Shown one piece after another: positions 7,901-18,297 of a stretch of DNA of 64,000 nt. The notes beneath the pieces were generated by a model. The model searched no databases. It saw only the letters and a list, made by a program, of their open reading frames with translations, and was not told the origin of the DNA. The translations under genes and the position numbers were made by a program. The first letter of the stretch is position 1. Each line of letters begins with the position of its first letter. The stretch lies in the NCBI GenBank assembly GCA_016871805.1, contig VHCG01000016.1:776-64775 (forward strand). The letters run 5' to 3'. The stretch comes from Verrucomicrobiota bacterium (GTDB lineage Bacteria > Verrucomicrobiota > Verrucomicrobiia > Limisphaerales > UBA9464).

Positions 7901-9440
7901 GGTTGTCGACGGATCCTTCGCGGGCAAACGGCGAGGCCAGCACCTCCCTGCCCCCCTCCGCCAGCTCCCCTCCCACGTCACCCAGACGACGCGCCTGACG
8001 CCGGATCTGCCGCAAGGAGTGGCGGGTCAGACCGATGAGTCCCCCGGGGGTCAGGACCATCTGGGCCGTGCTCGTGAGGGTCAGCATTGGATTGAACGGA
8101 CTCATCCGCCGCATCGTGCGCCAGACCGCCTCAGTCGCGTGTGCCTCCTCCTCCACGACAAAGTCCAGAAGGTGCACGCACAAAAGGCAGCCCACCATCG
8201 AGATCGCGATGACCAGGTGGTAGTCCCAAATGGTCTGCCCCAGGAAGATCCCAAGACGATCCGGGAGCACACGGAGCAGGAATCCACCCAGGACCGGGCC
8301 GAGAGCGGTCATGAGGCTTGTGAGGGCGAGGAAGGCAGCGACGTAGGGGGCCTTGTTGGCGGGGGCCAATTTGAGCATGAGGTTGAACTGGCAGAGCTGG
8401 AATCCCGCGGTCGTGGCTCCGACGACCAGATAGGCCAGGGCGAGGTGCCAGAAGAACCGCTCCCCAGCGAGGCTCCAGAATACCAGTCCCGAAAGCGCCC
8501 AGACGATCGAGGCCACATAGAGCACCGGCTTGCTGCCGAACCGGTCACACAGGAAGCCCCAGCCGCGGAGAGTCAGGATTCCGCCCACACCCGCCAGGGC
8601 CGTCAACAACCCCACCTCTCCCATCGATCGGTGGAGTCCCTCGAGGAGGAATACCGTGTAGAACGGCTGGCCGAGGTTCAGGAGGAAACCCCAGCAGCCC
8701 ACGAACGCCACGAGCTTCAGATAGTTGGCGTCCCGCAGCGGTTCGGCGATCTCCCGCCAGTCGGGCGGCACTATCTCCCTGCGCGAGACCGACGCAGGAA
8801 ACGTCATGCGCCTGAGGAAGTAATACCCCACCAACCTTCCCAATCCCGCCACGGCAAAGATCCAGCCGAATGTGGTGAGGGAATTGCCGCCCCTTCCGGC
8901 GACCGCGCTGGCCGCCAAGACCACCACCAGCGTCCAGAATCCGAAGATGAGATTGCGTCGACCGAAATAGGTCCCACTGAGCCGCGGAGGCACCAGCTGG
9001 GCGATGGCGGCCGACCAGGCGACGGCCGTGATGCTGTTGGCCAGGGTCGCAACGATCAGGACTGCGGCGAAGACGACACCCCGTCGCGATGGCTGGAGGA
9101 ATGGGAGCAGGCTGATCAGTCCCCAGGGCGCCGCATTCACCAGGAATCCAATCGCCATGATCCGCAGGAGCGACATGCGACGTCTCAACGCCGTGGCCAG
9201 GATGGGCTGGATGAGGTTGCACACGTGCGGCAGGGCCGCCATCAACCCGACCGCACCCGGACCCCATCCCAACGCGGCAACCGCGAAGGCGATGACGAAC
9301 GGGAAGCTCGGCATCGTGAGGTTCAGCATCGGGACGCTGAAGCACGCTTCGATCGTCGCCGACTTCAGCGACAACACCAGCTCACGTCGTCCCATCTTTG
9401 GTTCCATCACGTTCGGGATACACCGGGCAAAGGGTCTCAA
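7878..9440 (-). CDS. MFS transporter with C-terminal cytoplasmic extension
   Basis: About 12 hydrophobic segments; MFS motif A WGFLCDRFGSKP; G.YFGRRN. Confidence 0.9.
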   Translation of the reverse strand: MRPFARCIPNVMEPKMGRRELVLSLKSATIEACFSVPMLNLTMPSFPFVIAFAVAALGWGPGAVGLMAALPHVCNLIQPILATALRRRMSLLRIMAIGFLVNAAPWGLISLLPFLQPSRRGVVFAAVLIVATLANSITAVAWSAAIAQLVPPRLSGTYFGRRNLIFGFWTLVVVLAASAVAGRGGNSLTTFGWIFAVAGLGRLVGYYFLRRMTFPASVSRREIVPPDWREIAEPLRDANYLKLVAFVGCWGFLLNLGQPFYTVFLLEGLHRSMGEVGLLTALAGVGGILTLRGWGFLCDRFGSKPVLYVASIVWALSGLVFWSLAGERFFWHLALAYLVVGATTAGFQLCQFNLMLKLAPANKAPYVAAFLALTSLMTALGPVLGGFLLRVLPDRLGIFLGQTIWDYHLVIAISMVGCLLCVHLLDFVVEEEAHATEAVWRTMRRMSPFNPMLTLTSTAQMVLTPGGLIGLTRHSLRQIRRQARRLGDVGGELAEGGREVLASPFAREGSVDNQKGGHPR

Positions 9441-9682
9441 AGAATCTCGGTGCCATGGGGAAGCTGAGTCGGTAGCAGGAAGGTCCTGATCAGATCACCC
9501 TCCCCGCAGACCATCATGGTCTGGAGACCCGTGAACCATGGACCAGCCGGAACTTCAGGCCTCTCATCAAGCCAGTCTGCAAGCTGCCCAATGGCAGTAG
9601 CCGAAATCTTTCGCCCCTGAATTCTATCAAGAAAGTGACGCAGGAGTGCCGGCGGAATGTTCTTTCGGCGGACCTGAGGCAT
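9437..9682 (-). CDS. small hypothetical protein; downstream (toxin-position) member of a TA-like pair
   Basis: 81 aa; start overlaps the upstream stop (TGATG); basic N-terminus with HFLDRI.R.IS and CGEG.LI.TFL. Confidence 0.65.
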   Translation of the reverse strand: MPQVRRKNIPPALLRHFLDRIQGRKISATAIGQLADWLDERPEVPAGPWFTGLQTMMVCGEGDLIRTFLLPTQLPHGTEIL

Positions 9683-9900
9683 CAGGGGCGGCCGTAGAAT
9701 CCGGACTCGATGGAATCCCTGAGGATTTGAATCTCAGCCGGATTGTCCTCGACAGCCAAACGCTCCGCCAACTGTCTCATGGCATCCCCACTCAGCATGT
9801 CCTCAGTGCTCAGGCACCGGGCAAACCGGATGACAGCCGACCGATCCGATGCTGGAAGGGAGGTTATTTCCCCAATGATTTGAGCCGCAGTCATGCTCAA
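9682..9900 (-). CDS. small hypothetical protein; upstream (antitoxin-position) member of a TA-like pair
   Basis: 72 aa; MTAAQIIGEITSLP..DR..V start typical of addiction-module antitoxin-like proteins; acidic helical C-terminus. Confidence 0.65.
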   Translation of the reverse strand: MSMTAAQIIGEITSLPASDRSAVIRFARCLSTEDMLSGDAMRQLAERLAVEDNPAEIQILRDSIESGFYGRP

Positions 9901-9968
9901 AACCTATGGAGTGCCGGACATTGGGTCAAACTTCAGACACCCCACGGCCAAGGGGTGCTGCTTCCATG

Positions 9969-11354
9969 TCAGCCCTCTGCCGACCGGAGCGACCAGACGC
10001 GTCGACCCCCGACGATCGTGTGCAGGACCCGTCCACGCAGGCGCCAGCCGTGAAAGGGATTATTCGACGACTTGCTGGCCGTTTCGTCGCGCGACGAGGT
10101 CCACTCCTCATTCGGATCGAAGAGGGTGAGGTCTGCGACCCCGCCGACCCGGATTTCTCCACGGCCATCCTTGAACCGCAGGAGCTTCGCGGGCTCCGAG
10201 GTGAGCTTGGCGAGGGTCCCGATCAGGGAAAGGCGCCCCGTGTGAACCAGGGCCATCAACGACAGCGCCAGCTCGGTCTCAAGCCCCACGATGCCGAACG
10301 GAGCGTAGTCGAACTCGACATCCTTCTCGGATTGGGAATGGGGCGCATGGTCGCTGCTGATGATCGCCAGGGTGCCATCGACCAATCCCTCTAGGATCGC
10401 CTCCCGGTCCCGGGCGGAACGCAAGGGAGGGTTCATCTTGAAGTCCGTGTGGTAGTTCGGCCACTCGGGCAGCGGGGTTTCCTTGAAGAACCGAGCAGCC
10501 TGATCGGAACCATCCTCCCGCCAGAACTCCTCACTGCCCGCGATACAGGCTTCGGTCAGGGTAAAGTGGTGCGGACAGGCCTCACCGGAGATCGGCACCC
10601 CCCGTCCTCGTGCCTCCCGCAACAACCGGATGCTGCCGGCCGAGCTGAGGTGCTGGCAGTGGATGACGGTTCCGGTCTGCTCCGCCAGGAGGATGTTGCG
10701 GGCGACGATGACCTCCTCGCCCGCCGCAGGCCACCCGGCGAGTCCCAGAATGGTCGAGTACTTGCCCTCGTGCATGACCCCCTTGGTGACCAGGCCGTAG
10801 TCCTGGCAGTGGTCCATGATTGGCAGATCGAACATCCGGGCATACTCGCAGGCCCGACGCATCAGGTCGTTGTTCTGGATGCAGTGTCCGTCGTCGGTCA
10901 GGGCGATGACCCCGGCCTTGTGAAGCGACCCGATCGGGGCGAGTTCCTCGCCGGCGATTCCCTTGGTGAGGGCGCCCGTGATCTCGACCCGACACTGGGC
11001 CTTCGCGGCGCTGTCCTGGATCAGGGCCACCGTGCCGGCATTGTCGATCGCGGGCGACGTGTTGGGCATGCAGACCACGGTCGAAAAGCCACCCCGCACC
11101 GCACACCGGGAACCGCTCTGCACGTCCTCCTTCTTGGTCTGTCCGGGCTCGCGGAAATGCACGTGGATGTCGATGAGACCAGGCGCCACCACCAGCCCGC
11201 GGGCGTCGAGGATCTCGGCGTCTGGGGGGCACTGGCCCCGCAGATCGGGACCCACTGCGGCCACCTTGCCCTCGACCACGAGCACGTCGGCGATCGCATC
11301 CAACCCGGAGGCTGGATCCACCACGCGTCCACCGGAGACCAACATCGAAGTCAT
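9969..11354 (-). CDS. pyrC: dihydroorotase
   Basis: PGLIDIHVHFREPG, CMPNT, TDDG, CPHH, KMNPPLR, SDHAPH, SKSSNNPF. Confidence 0.95.
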   Translation of the reverse strand: MTSMLVSGGRVVDPASGLDAIADVLVVEGKVAAVGPDLRGQCPPDAEILDARGLVVAPGLIDIHVHFREPGQTKKEDVQSGSRCAVRGGFSTVVCMPNTSPAIDNAGTVALIQDSAAKAQCRVEITGALTKGIAGEELAPIGSLHKAGVIALTDDGHCIQNNDLMRRACEYARMFDLPIMDHCQDYGLVTKGVMHEGKYSTILGLAGWPAAGEEVIVARNILLAEQTGTVIHCQHLSSAGSIRLLREARGRGVPISGEACPHHFTLTEACIAGSEEFWREDGSDQAARFFKETPLPEWPNYHTDFKMNPPLRSARDREAILEGLVDGTLAIISSDHAPHSQSEKDVEFDYAPFGIVGLETELALSLMALVHTGRLSLIGTLAKLTSEPAKLLRFKDGRGEIRVGGVADLTLFDPNEEWTSSRDETASKSSNNPFHGWRLRGRVLHTIVGGRRVWSLRSAEG

Positions 11355-11469
11355 CGTCCCGACACGCTATGGCAAAGCCCCGGAGCGGGAAAGTCCGCGA
11401 TCAGAGCATCAGCGCGGCGGAAGGAAACCTGCCCGACGGGTCACCGGGCAGGAGTCCTTGGATACGAAC

Positions 11470-12450
11470 TCAGCGGAGCGCAGCGCCGGCCGGGGCCGAT
11501 GTCGTTCCGTCCTTCTTCGCCCGTTCGATGAACACATCCACCTGCTGCCCGACGTAGATCGGAAAGCTGGGGCGATCGAATTCGTAGATGACCTGGGGGA
11601 CCCGAGTGTCCACACGTTCAAAGCTGTCACCCGTGAGGCTGCGCTTGGGCACGACATAAGGTTCCACCCGGACGAACCTCAGGGGGACGGTCCAGTCGGA
11701 ACGCCCCTTGATCGCACCCACCGCGGGGGTTCCAGGGGTGAAGTCGATGGCGGTCTGTTCATCGATGTCGGCCCGGACCTGTAGCCGATCGTTCCCTCCG
11801 GTGTTAAGGAGCAGCAATGGCTCGGAGGTCACACCGGCGGAGGCAAACTCTCCGGGGCGGATGTTGACCTGCAGGACGACGCCATCGTGCGGCGAGCGAA
11901 CCGTGAGGAGGTCGAGCGTGGTCCGGGCAAGATCACGCTGGGCCGTCGCAGCCTCCACCTGGCTTTCGGCGGAGACCAGCTCCGCCTTGGCACGATCGGC
12001 GGCGAACTGCTGCCGGTTGATCTCCTCCTCGGTGATGACTCCTTCCTCGCGCAGCTTCCGGCCCCTCTTGAGCTGATCCTCTGCATCGTTGAGCAGGATT
12101 CGTCGGGTGACCGTGGCTGCCTTCAGGGACTCAAGTTCGGTCTCCTTGGTGTTCAGGAGGGCCCGGGATTCCCGGTCATTCAGCTGAAACAGCGGGGAGC
12201 CGGCGGCGAGGGTGTCCCCAACCTTGACGAACACCTTCGCCACGACTCCGGCTTTCTGGGAGGCGATCCGGACGTTCTCGCCTCGGGCCTCGATGAGGCC
12301 GGAGGCTGCCAGGCTTTCGGCATACGGCGACCGGGCGGGAGGCGACACCGGGCCGGGTGCGAACGGCTTGCTGCCGACTCGGCGAACGAGCACGACGGCA
12401 AGGACGATGCCGATGAGGGCCGAGTAGAAACTGACGCTCCTGAGGATCAT
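11470..12450 (-). CDS. efflux membrane-fusion (periplasmic adaptor) protein, HlyD/DevB-like
   Basis: N-terminal TM anchor, lipoyl half-motifs (GVVAKVFVKVGD; VRSPHDGVVLQVNIRPGE), coiled coil, ERVDTRV. Start set at ATG 12450. Confidence 0.9.
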   Translation of the reverse strand: MILRSVSFYSALIGIVLAVVLVRRVGSKPFAPGPVSPPARSPYAESLAASGLIEARGENVRIASQKAGVVAKVFVKVGDTLAAGSPLFQLNDRESRALLNTKETELESLKAATVTRRILLNDAEDQLKRGRKLREEGVITEEEINRQQFAADRAKAELVSAESQVEAATAQRDLARTTLDLLTVRSPHDGVVLQVNIRPGEFASAGVTSEPLLLLNTGGNDRLQVRADIDEQTAIDFTPGTPAVGAIKGRSDWTVPLRFVRVEPYVVPKRSLTGDSFERVDTRVPQVIYEFDRPSFPIYVGQQVDVFIERAKKDGTTSAPAGAALR

Positions 12451-12457
12451 GGGTCGG

Positions 12458-13204
12458 CTAGTGGGGCTGGGCGGCGAACTGCTGGACGGCGGCACCCGAG
12501 AGGACCTCCTCGACACGGCCGTCCTCCATGCGGGTGATGCGATCGGCGAACCCATAGGTCCGGGGATCATGGGTGACCAGGATGACGCATCGACCGCCGG
12601 CGCGGGCACCCCCGGCAAGAAGGTCCATGATGTCGTGCCCAGTCCGGGAGTCGAGGGCACTTGTCGGCTCGTCACACAAAATGAGCTGCGGTTCGTGCAC
12701 GAGAGCGCGGGCAATGGCGACCCGCTGCTGCTGGCCACCGGACAGTTCCAGGGGGTTCCGATGGCGTCGGTCCCCGAGGCCCACCCGGGCCAGCAGGGCG
12801 CCCGCCCGGTCCTCGGCCTCGCGGCGTCGGACCCCCTGGAGCAGTAGCGGAATACTGACGTTCTCCACCAGGCTCAGGGTCGGGATGAGGTTGAACTGTT
12901 GGAAGATGAACCCGATGTGCGCCCCCCGAAACTCGGTCAGCTGCCGGTCCGAGAAGGCGGACAGCGACTGGCCCAGGACACGGATGTCCCCCGCGTCGGA
13001 CCGCAGGGTTCCCGCGATGATCGAAAGCAGGGTGGTCTTGCCACAGCCACTCGGTCCGACCACCAGATGCAGTTCTCCGTGATCGGCCCCGAACCGGACT
13101 CCGGAAAGGGCCTGGGTCTGGTTGTCCTTCGGTCCAAACGACTTGGAAACCCCATCGACCTGGACGGCGGGACCAGCGGCCACGTTGGGGCTCGGTACAG
13201 TCAT
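12458..13204 (-). CDS. ABC transporter ATP-binding protein (LolD/DevA-like)
   Basis: GPSGCGKTT, LSGGQQQRVAIARAL, CDEPTSALD, VTHD. Start ATG 13204. Confidence 0.95.
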   Translation of the reverse strand: MTVPSPNVAAGPAVQVDGVSKSFGPKDNQTQALSGVRFGADHGELHLVVGPSGCGKTTLLSIIAGTLRSDAGDIRVLGQSLSAFSDRQLTEFRGAHIGFIFQQFNLIPTLSLVENVSIPLLLQGVRRREAEDRAGALLARVGLGDRRHRNPLELSGGQQQRVAIARALVHEPQLILCDEPTSALDSRTGHDIMDLLAGGARAGGRCVILVTHDPRTYGFADRITRMEDGRVEEVLSGAAVQQFAAQPH

Positions 13205-13227
13205 GAAGGAGATCAACCGGATCCGAC

Positions 13228-14367
13228 TCAGCCGCGGAACACGATTGCCGGGTCCAGTCGGGATACCTTCCGGATGCCCAGCAGTGCAGCAACGAGACAG
13301 ATCAACAGAACGGCGAGACCCGTCAGCACAAGGCTGCGGTAGTCGAGCAGGAAGGGTGGCTTCTCGAACGGCAGGACAATGAGCCCAAAGATGGCAGTCA
13401 GCCCCACTCCCAGGCCGTATCCGATCAGTCCGACCGTGAAGGCCTGCAGCAGAAGAAGCCGGGCCAGGAGTCCATTGCTGGCACCCATGGCCTTCAGGGC
13501 CCCGAGGTGACGGATATTCTCCAGGAACCACGAGAAGAAGGTCTGGGCGGAGATCACAATGCCAACGATGAACCCCAGCGTGATGGTGGTAAGGAACGAG
13601 GCGGGAATGCCGGTGTTGGCCCACACGAAGTCGGTCGTCGCCTGGGAGAACCCTGCGCTGGTGTAGGCGTGCAGCCCTGTCTCACGCCCGATCCGGGCGG
13701 CCACTTCCTCCGGAGTCTGCCCGGGGGACGGCTCGGCCAGGATGATCGACAGCATCTTCCGCTGCCGGGGGGAAAAATTGATGGCCTTGTCGTAGGTGGT
13801 GAACACATACGGATAGCCGAAGAAATGCTTTTCCGTCTTGCAGATGCCGACCACACGGGCTTCCCGGTCGTGGATCTCGAAGGTGTCACCCACCCTCATC
13901 GGTCGACCCAATCCCTCGCCGAGGCGTACCGTGGCCAAGGTATCAATGATGACCGCATTCGGCAGCCGAAGGCGTTCGAGATCCCCCTCGAGCATCACGG
14001 GTGGACGGCCGAACAGGGTGGAGGCATCCAGACCCACCAACTGGACCGGCTTCTCGCCACCGCTGTCCGCGCGGGCCTTGGTCACCGCAAGGAATAGGGG
14101 CTCCGCAAAGTCGACTCCCGGCACCGATCGGACCCGGTTCAGGTCGGTATCCTTGAGCGGCTTGGTCTCATTGGCGGTCACGACCCGGGCCTCCACCACC
14201 CAGATGGAGGCCCGGACATTGCGCATGTGCGAGGTGGTCCAGCTCAGCAATCCGCGGAACACCCCGTTCTGCTGGGTCATCAGGAGCGATGCAAACGCCA
14301 CCCCTCCGACCAGCATGATGTACTTCCCCCGGTCTGCCATGAGCATCTTGAGCGCGATATGATACAT
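13228..14367 (-). CDS. ABC transporter permease (FtsX/MacB/DevC-like)
   Basis: One TM, a large periplasmic domain, then three TM; LGALKAMGAS; LDPAIVFR. Start ATG 14367. Confidence 0.92.
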   Translation of the reverse strand: MYHIALKMLMADRGKYIMLVGGVAFASLLMTQQNGVFRGLLSWTTSHMRNVRASIWVVEARVVTANETKPLKDTDLNRVRSVPGVDFAEPLFLAVTKARADSGGEKPVQLVGLDASTLFGRPPVMLEGDLERLRLPNAVIIDTLATVRLGEGLGRPMRVGDTFEIHDREARVVGICKTEKHFFGYPYVFTTYDKAINFSPRQRKMLSIILAEPSPGQTPEEVAARIGRETGLHAYTSAGFSQATTDFVWANTGIPASFLTTITLGFIVGIVISAQTFFSWFLENIRHLGALKAMGASNGLLARLLLLQAFTVGLIGYGLGVGLTAIFGLIVLPFEKPPFLLDYRSLVLTGLAVLLICLVAALLGIRKVSRLDPAIVFRG

Positions 14368-14421
14368 GGCGGACTCCACCCGGGGCTTCCGGGTCCAGGG
14401 TTCACATCCAGAACAGCGGGC

Positions 14422-15045
14422 CTACTTGGCAGCCGCGTAGAGGGCCGACACTGCGTTCCAGTCGACGACGTTCCAGAACGCCTTCAGGTAGTCGGCCCGC
14501 TTGTTCTGGTACTTGAGATAGTAGGCGTGCTCCCAGACGTCGACACCAAGGATCGGCTTGCCCTCGACACCCGAGATGGCCTTGCCCATGAGCGGGGTGT
14601 CCTGGTTCGGGGTCGACGCAATCTCGAGTTTGCCCCCGTTGACGAGAAGCCAGGCCCAGCCGGAGCCGAAGCGTCCGATGCCCGCCGCCTCGAACTTCGC
14701 CTTGAAGTCGTCGAAGCTGCCGAAGGCCGACTGGATCGCCGCAGCGAGGTCGCCGGACGGCGTGCCACCCTTGCCGGGGCCCATGAGGTTCCAGAAAAAG
14801 GTGTGGTTCCAGTGGCCACCACCGTTGTTGCGGACAGGACCGCGGATGGCGTCGGGGACAGAGGGTAGATCGGCCAGGAGGGCCTCGATGGTCTTTCCCT
14901 CGAGCGCGGTGCCAGCGATGGCTTTGTTCAGGTTGTCGACGTAGGCCTTGTGATGGCGTCCGTGGTGGATCTCCATCGTCAGGGCATCGATGTGCGGCTC
15001 AAGGGCCTCCTTGGCGTACGGAAGTGGGGCGAGTTCGAATGGCAT
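14422..15045 (-). CDS. sodA: superoxide dismutase, Mn-type signature
   Basis: [38 protein letters not shown]. Confidence 0.95.
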   Translation of the reverse strand: MPFELAPLPYAKEALEPHIDALTMEIHHGRHHKAYVDNLNKAIAGTALEGKTIEALLADLPSVPDAIRGPVRNNGGGHWNHTFFWNLMGPGKGGTPSGDLAAAIQSAFGSFDDFKAKFEAAGIGRFGSGWAWLLVNGGKLEIASTPNQDTPLMGKAISGVEGKPILGVDVWEHAYYLKYQNKRADYLKAFWNVVDWNAVSALYAAAK

Positions 15046-15260
15046 GGTCGTGTTTCGGTTTGAATTGATGCGGCATCGCCAACGGAAGGGTCAGTCCATC
15101 CCGGAGCCGAAGACGTTTGGGGAGCCTAGACGGGATGCGTCAAACCTCAACGCGCAAAGCAGTCAGGGTCCTGTTCCAGTGCAATCCACCGACAACGACG
15201 GCAAGGCCCCGCCAACACCCTCGATTGCCGAGGACCGGCTCTGTTCCTAGTCTGACGCCG

Positions 15261-15569
15261 GTGTCGGCAGCCTCATTTCCGGCCGGGTCGAACCCCCCTG
15301 CCCCCAGAACCCTTTCCCCGCTCAGCCGGGTCCGGGCCGGTTGTGTCGTGATCGTTCGCCAGCTCACGGCCAGCGACGACACCAACCAGCGGCTTCGGGA
15401 AATGGGCTTCGGTGAGGAACAGCGGGTCAAGGTGATCACGCTCCAGAACAACGTGCTGTGCCAGGTCTGCAACGCCCGCCTGGGCCTGAGTGCCCGGTTG
15501 GCGGAACAGATCCTGGTTGAGACCCTGCCGTCGCCATCACCCCTCCCGTTCCCGAGGCCCGGGGCCTGA
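15261..15569 (+). CDS. feoA: ferrous iron transport protein A (copy 1)
   Basis: PLS.V..G....V..L...RLREMGF...ARLGLS..LAEQILV. Start uncertain; GTG 15261 chosen. Confidence 0.8.
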   Translation: MSAASFPAGSNPPAPRTLSPLSRVRAGCVVIVRQLTASDDTNQRLREMGFGEEQRVKVITLQNNVLCQVCNARLGLSARLAEQILVETLPSPSPLPFPRPGA

Positions 15570-15632
15570 CCTAGGGCAGACTCCAAGCCACCGCACCGCC
15601 GTGCAGCCCAAGCCCCACCACCGATCCCACTC

Positions 15633-15878
15633 ATGACCCCTTCCAGCGCTCCAGTGCCCCTGAGCAGCCTGATTCCAGGATCCAAGGCCGTGGTCCGGGA
15701 GGTTCGCATTCCAGTCCAGCACCGGGCCCGACTCCTGGAGATGGGACTGCTCGTGGGCACCCCCGTCGAAATCGTGCGGTTTGCCCCGATGGGCGACCCC
15801 ATCGAGCTCAAGGTCCGCGGCTACCACCTGTCGCTCCGGCGCCACGAAGCCGACCAGATCCTCGTGACACCCGCCTGA
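15633..15878 (+). CDS. feoA: ferrous iron transport protein A (copy 2)
   Basis: RLLEMGLLVGT.V..VRFAPMGDPIELKVRGYHLSLRRHEA. Confidence 0.95.
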   Translation: MTPSSAPVPLSSLIPGSKAVVREVRIPVQHRARLLEMGLLVGTPVEIVRFAPMGDPIELKVRGYHLSLRRHEADQILVTPA

Positions 15879-15885
15879 TCCACCC

Positions 15886-18204
15886 GTGCCCTCCTCACCG
15901 ATCCAGATCGTCCTCACGGGCAATCCAAACTGCGGCAAGACCACCCTGTTCAACGCCCTTACCGGACTGCGGGCCAAGGTCGGCAACTACGCCGGAGTCA
16001 CCGTCGAACGCAAGGAGGGCGCACTCCTGGAAGCCGACCCGAACCATCCGGTGACGGTCCTCGACCTTCCCGGGACCTACAGCCTCAGCCCACAGTCCCT
16101 CGACGAGCAGATCGCACGGGACGTGCTGTTCCATCGCCTCCCCGAGGTGGCCCCGCCGGATCTGGTCGTGGTGGTGGTCGACGCCTCGAATCTCCAAAGA
16201 AACCTCTACTACGCGACGCAGGTCATCGAGCTCGGTCATCCGACGGTGCTGGCGTTGAACATGGTCGACGTCGCCTCGGAGAATGGACTGGAGATCGACC
16301 AGAAGGGCCTTTCGGCGGCGCTTGGGGTGCCGGTGTTCCCGCTCGTGGCCAGCCAGGGGGAGGGCGTCGAAAATTTCCGACGTGCGCTGCGAGAATTTGC
16401 CGCCCGCCCGGGGACCAAGACGGTGATCCCGCGGGAATTCAATGAGCTTCCGGAGACCTTTGGCCGGGAGGCCCAGGCTCTGGAGCGACAGCTCGAGACC
16501 CTGTTCCCCAACCGACAACGTCTGGCCGCCGCCGAAGCCCTGCTGCTGCTGAGCGACGACCAGGTCCTCCAGAGCCATCAAGGACTCTACCCAACCCCGG
16601 TGGTCGAGACCGTCACCGCGGCGCGACAGCGGCTTGAACAGGCCGGGGTGGACTGGCGCAGCGCGGCCATCGAAGCCCGCTATGCCCGGGTCTTCGCCAT
16701 CGCCGAACACGTCACCACCCAGACGGTCTCCAACGAGGAATCGGTTTCGGACCGGCTCGACCGGATTCTGACCCACCGGATCTGGGGCCTCGCCCTCTTC
16801 GTCGCGCTCATGGCCCTGATGTTCCAGGGCATCTTCACCCTGGCGGCGATCCCGATGGACCTGATCGAACAGGGGGTGGAAGGACTCGCGGGTCGGGTCG
16901 GCTCGGTGCTCGGGCCCGGGGACCTCCAGGACCTTATCTCCGTCGGCATGATCCAGGGGGTCGGAGCGGTCGTGGTCTTCCTGCCCCAGATCTGCCTGCT
17001 CTTCCTGTTCATCGCCCTGCTCGAGGACACCGGCTACATGTCACGGGCGGCGTTCCTGATGGACCGGTTGATGTCGCGGGGCGGTCTCCACGGGAAGAGC
17101 TTCATCCCCATGCTCTCCTCCTTCGCCTGCGCCATCCCAGGGATCATGGCGACACGGACGATTGAGAGCCGGCGCGATCGGCTGGTGACCATCCTCGTCG
17201 CTCCGCTGATGAGCTGTTCGGCCCGTCTGCCCGTCTACACGGTCCTGATCGCGGCCTGCATCCCCAACACCCGCTACCTGGGCTGGATCGGGCTGCCCGG
17301 CCTGACCCTGCTGGCGATGTACCTGCTTGGCATCGTCGGGGCGCTCGGGATGGCCTGGCTGTTCCGTCGGACCCTCGTGAAAGGGGAACCTCCCCCGCTG
17401 ATCCTGGAGCTCCCTCCCTACAAGCGACCCGTTCTCAAGGTGCTGGTCCATCACATGTGGGACCGATCGAAGTTGTTCCTGCGGCGGGCCGGGACGGTGA
17501 TCCTCGGGATCAACATCCTCCTCTGGTTCCTGTCGACCTACCCGAAGGACCCCTCCATCGCCGAGAAGGCCCAGGAAACACTCGCCGCCACGGCCCGGGA
17601 CAAGGCACCTGCGGGCACTTTCCAGCCTGGGGCGACGCCATCCGCGATCCTGGAGCGGATCCGAACCCTGCAGGACCCGAAGGCCAGCACCGAGACGCCC
17701 GTGGATCTGACGGAATTCCTGAAGTCCTGGCCCGGGATCGAGACCGCCAGCGCCCAGGAGGTATCAGGGGCGGAGCTCCGACATAGCTTCGCCGGACGGT
17801 TGGGACGGGCCATCGAACCATTGATCCGTCCGCTGGGCTTCGACTGGAAGATCGGCATCGGCCTGGTGGCCTCGTTCGCCGCGCGGGAGGTCTTCGTGAG
17901 CACCATGTCGGTTGTCTACAACGTGGACGGCTATGACGAATCGGAGGAATCCACCGCGAGTCTGGCCGAGACCCTCCGCCAGCAGACCCGACCGGACGGG
18001 TCTCGGATCTACACCCCGCTGACCGGGATCACCCTCATGGTGTTCTACGTATTCGCCATGCAATGCGTCAGCACGGTGGCGGTCGTGCGCCGCGAGACCA
18101 ACGGCTGGGGGTGGCCCCTCTTCCAGATCGCCTACATGACCGGCCTCGCCTGGATGCTCGCGCTCGTCGTCCATCAGGTCGGACGGCTGCTGGGATTGGA
18201 GTGA
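15886..18204 (+). CDS. feoB: ferrous iron transport protein B
   Basis: GNPNCGKTT, GNYAGVTVE, DLPG, LNMVD; membrane domain with LEDTGYMSRAAF, FACAIP, MSCSARLPVY, AAREVFVST, QCVST. Confidence 0.97.
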   Translation: MPSSPIQIVLTGNPNCGKTTLFNALTGLRAKVGNYAGVTVERKEGALLEADPNHPVTVLDLPGTYSLSPQSLDEQIARDVLFHRLPEVAPPDLVVVVVDASNLQRNLYYATQVIELGHPTVLALNMVDVASENGLEIDQKGLSAALGVPVFPLVASQGEGVENFRRALREFAARPGTKTVIPREFNELPETFGREAQALERQLETLFPNRQRLAAAEALLLLSDDQVLQSHQGLYPTPVVETVTAARQRLEQAGVDWRSAAIEARYARVFAIAEHVTTQTVSNEESVSDRLDRILTHRIWGLALFVALMALMFQGIFTLAAIPMDLIEQGVEGLAGRVGSVLGPGDLQDLISVGMIQGVGAVVVFLPQICLLFLFIALLEDTGYMSRAAFLMDRLMSRGGLHGKSFIPMLSSFACAIPGIMATRTIESRRDRLVTILVAPLMSCSARLPVYTVLIAACIPNTRYLGWIGLPGLTLLAMYLLGIVGALGMAWLFRRTLVKGEPPPLILELPPYKRPVLKVLVHHMWDRSKLFLRRAGTVILGINILLWFLSTYPKDPSIAEKAQETLAATARDKAPAGTFQPGATPSAILERIRTLQDPKASTETPVDLTEFLKSWPGIETASAQEVSGAELRHSFAGRLGRAIEPLIRPLGFDWKIGIGLVASFAAREVFVSTMSVVYNVDGYDESEESTASLAETLRQQTRPDGSRIYTPLTGITLMVFYVFAMQCVSTVAVVRRETNGWGWPLFQIAYMTGLAWMLALVVHQVGRLLGLE

Positions 18205-18297
18205 AAGCTCCGGGATGAATTCCGGCCTACCCGCGCCGGGGGACATCCGTCATCCAATTGGCGACCGTCACGCACAACAGCTCGAGGACACGGTGAG

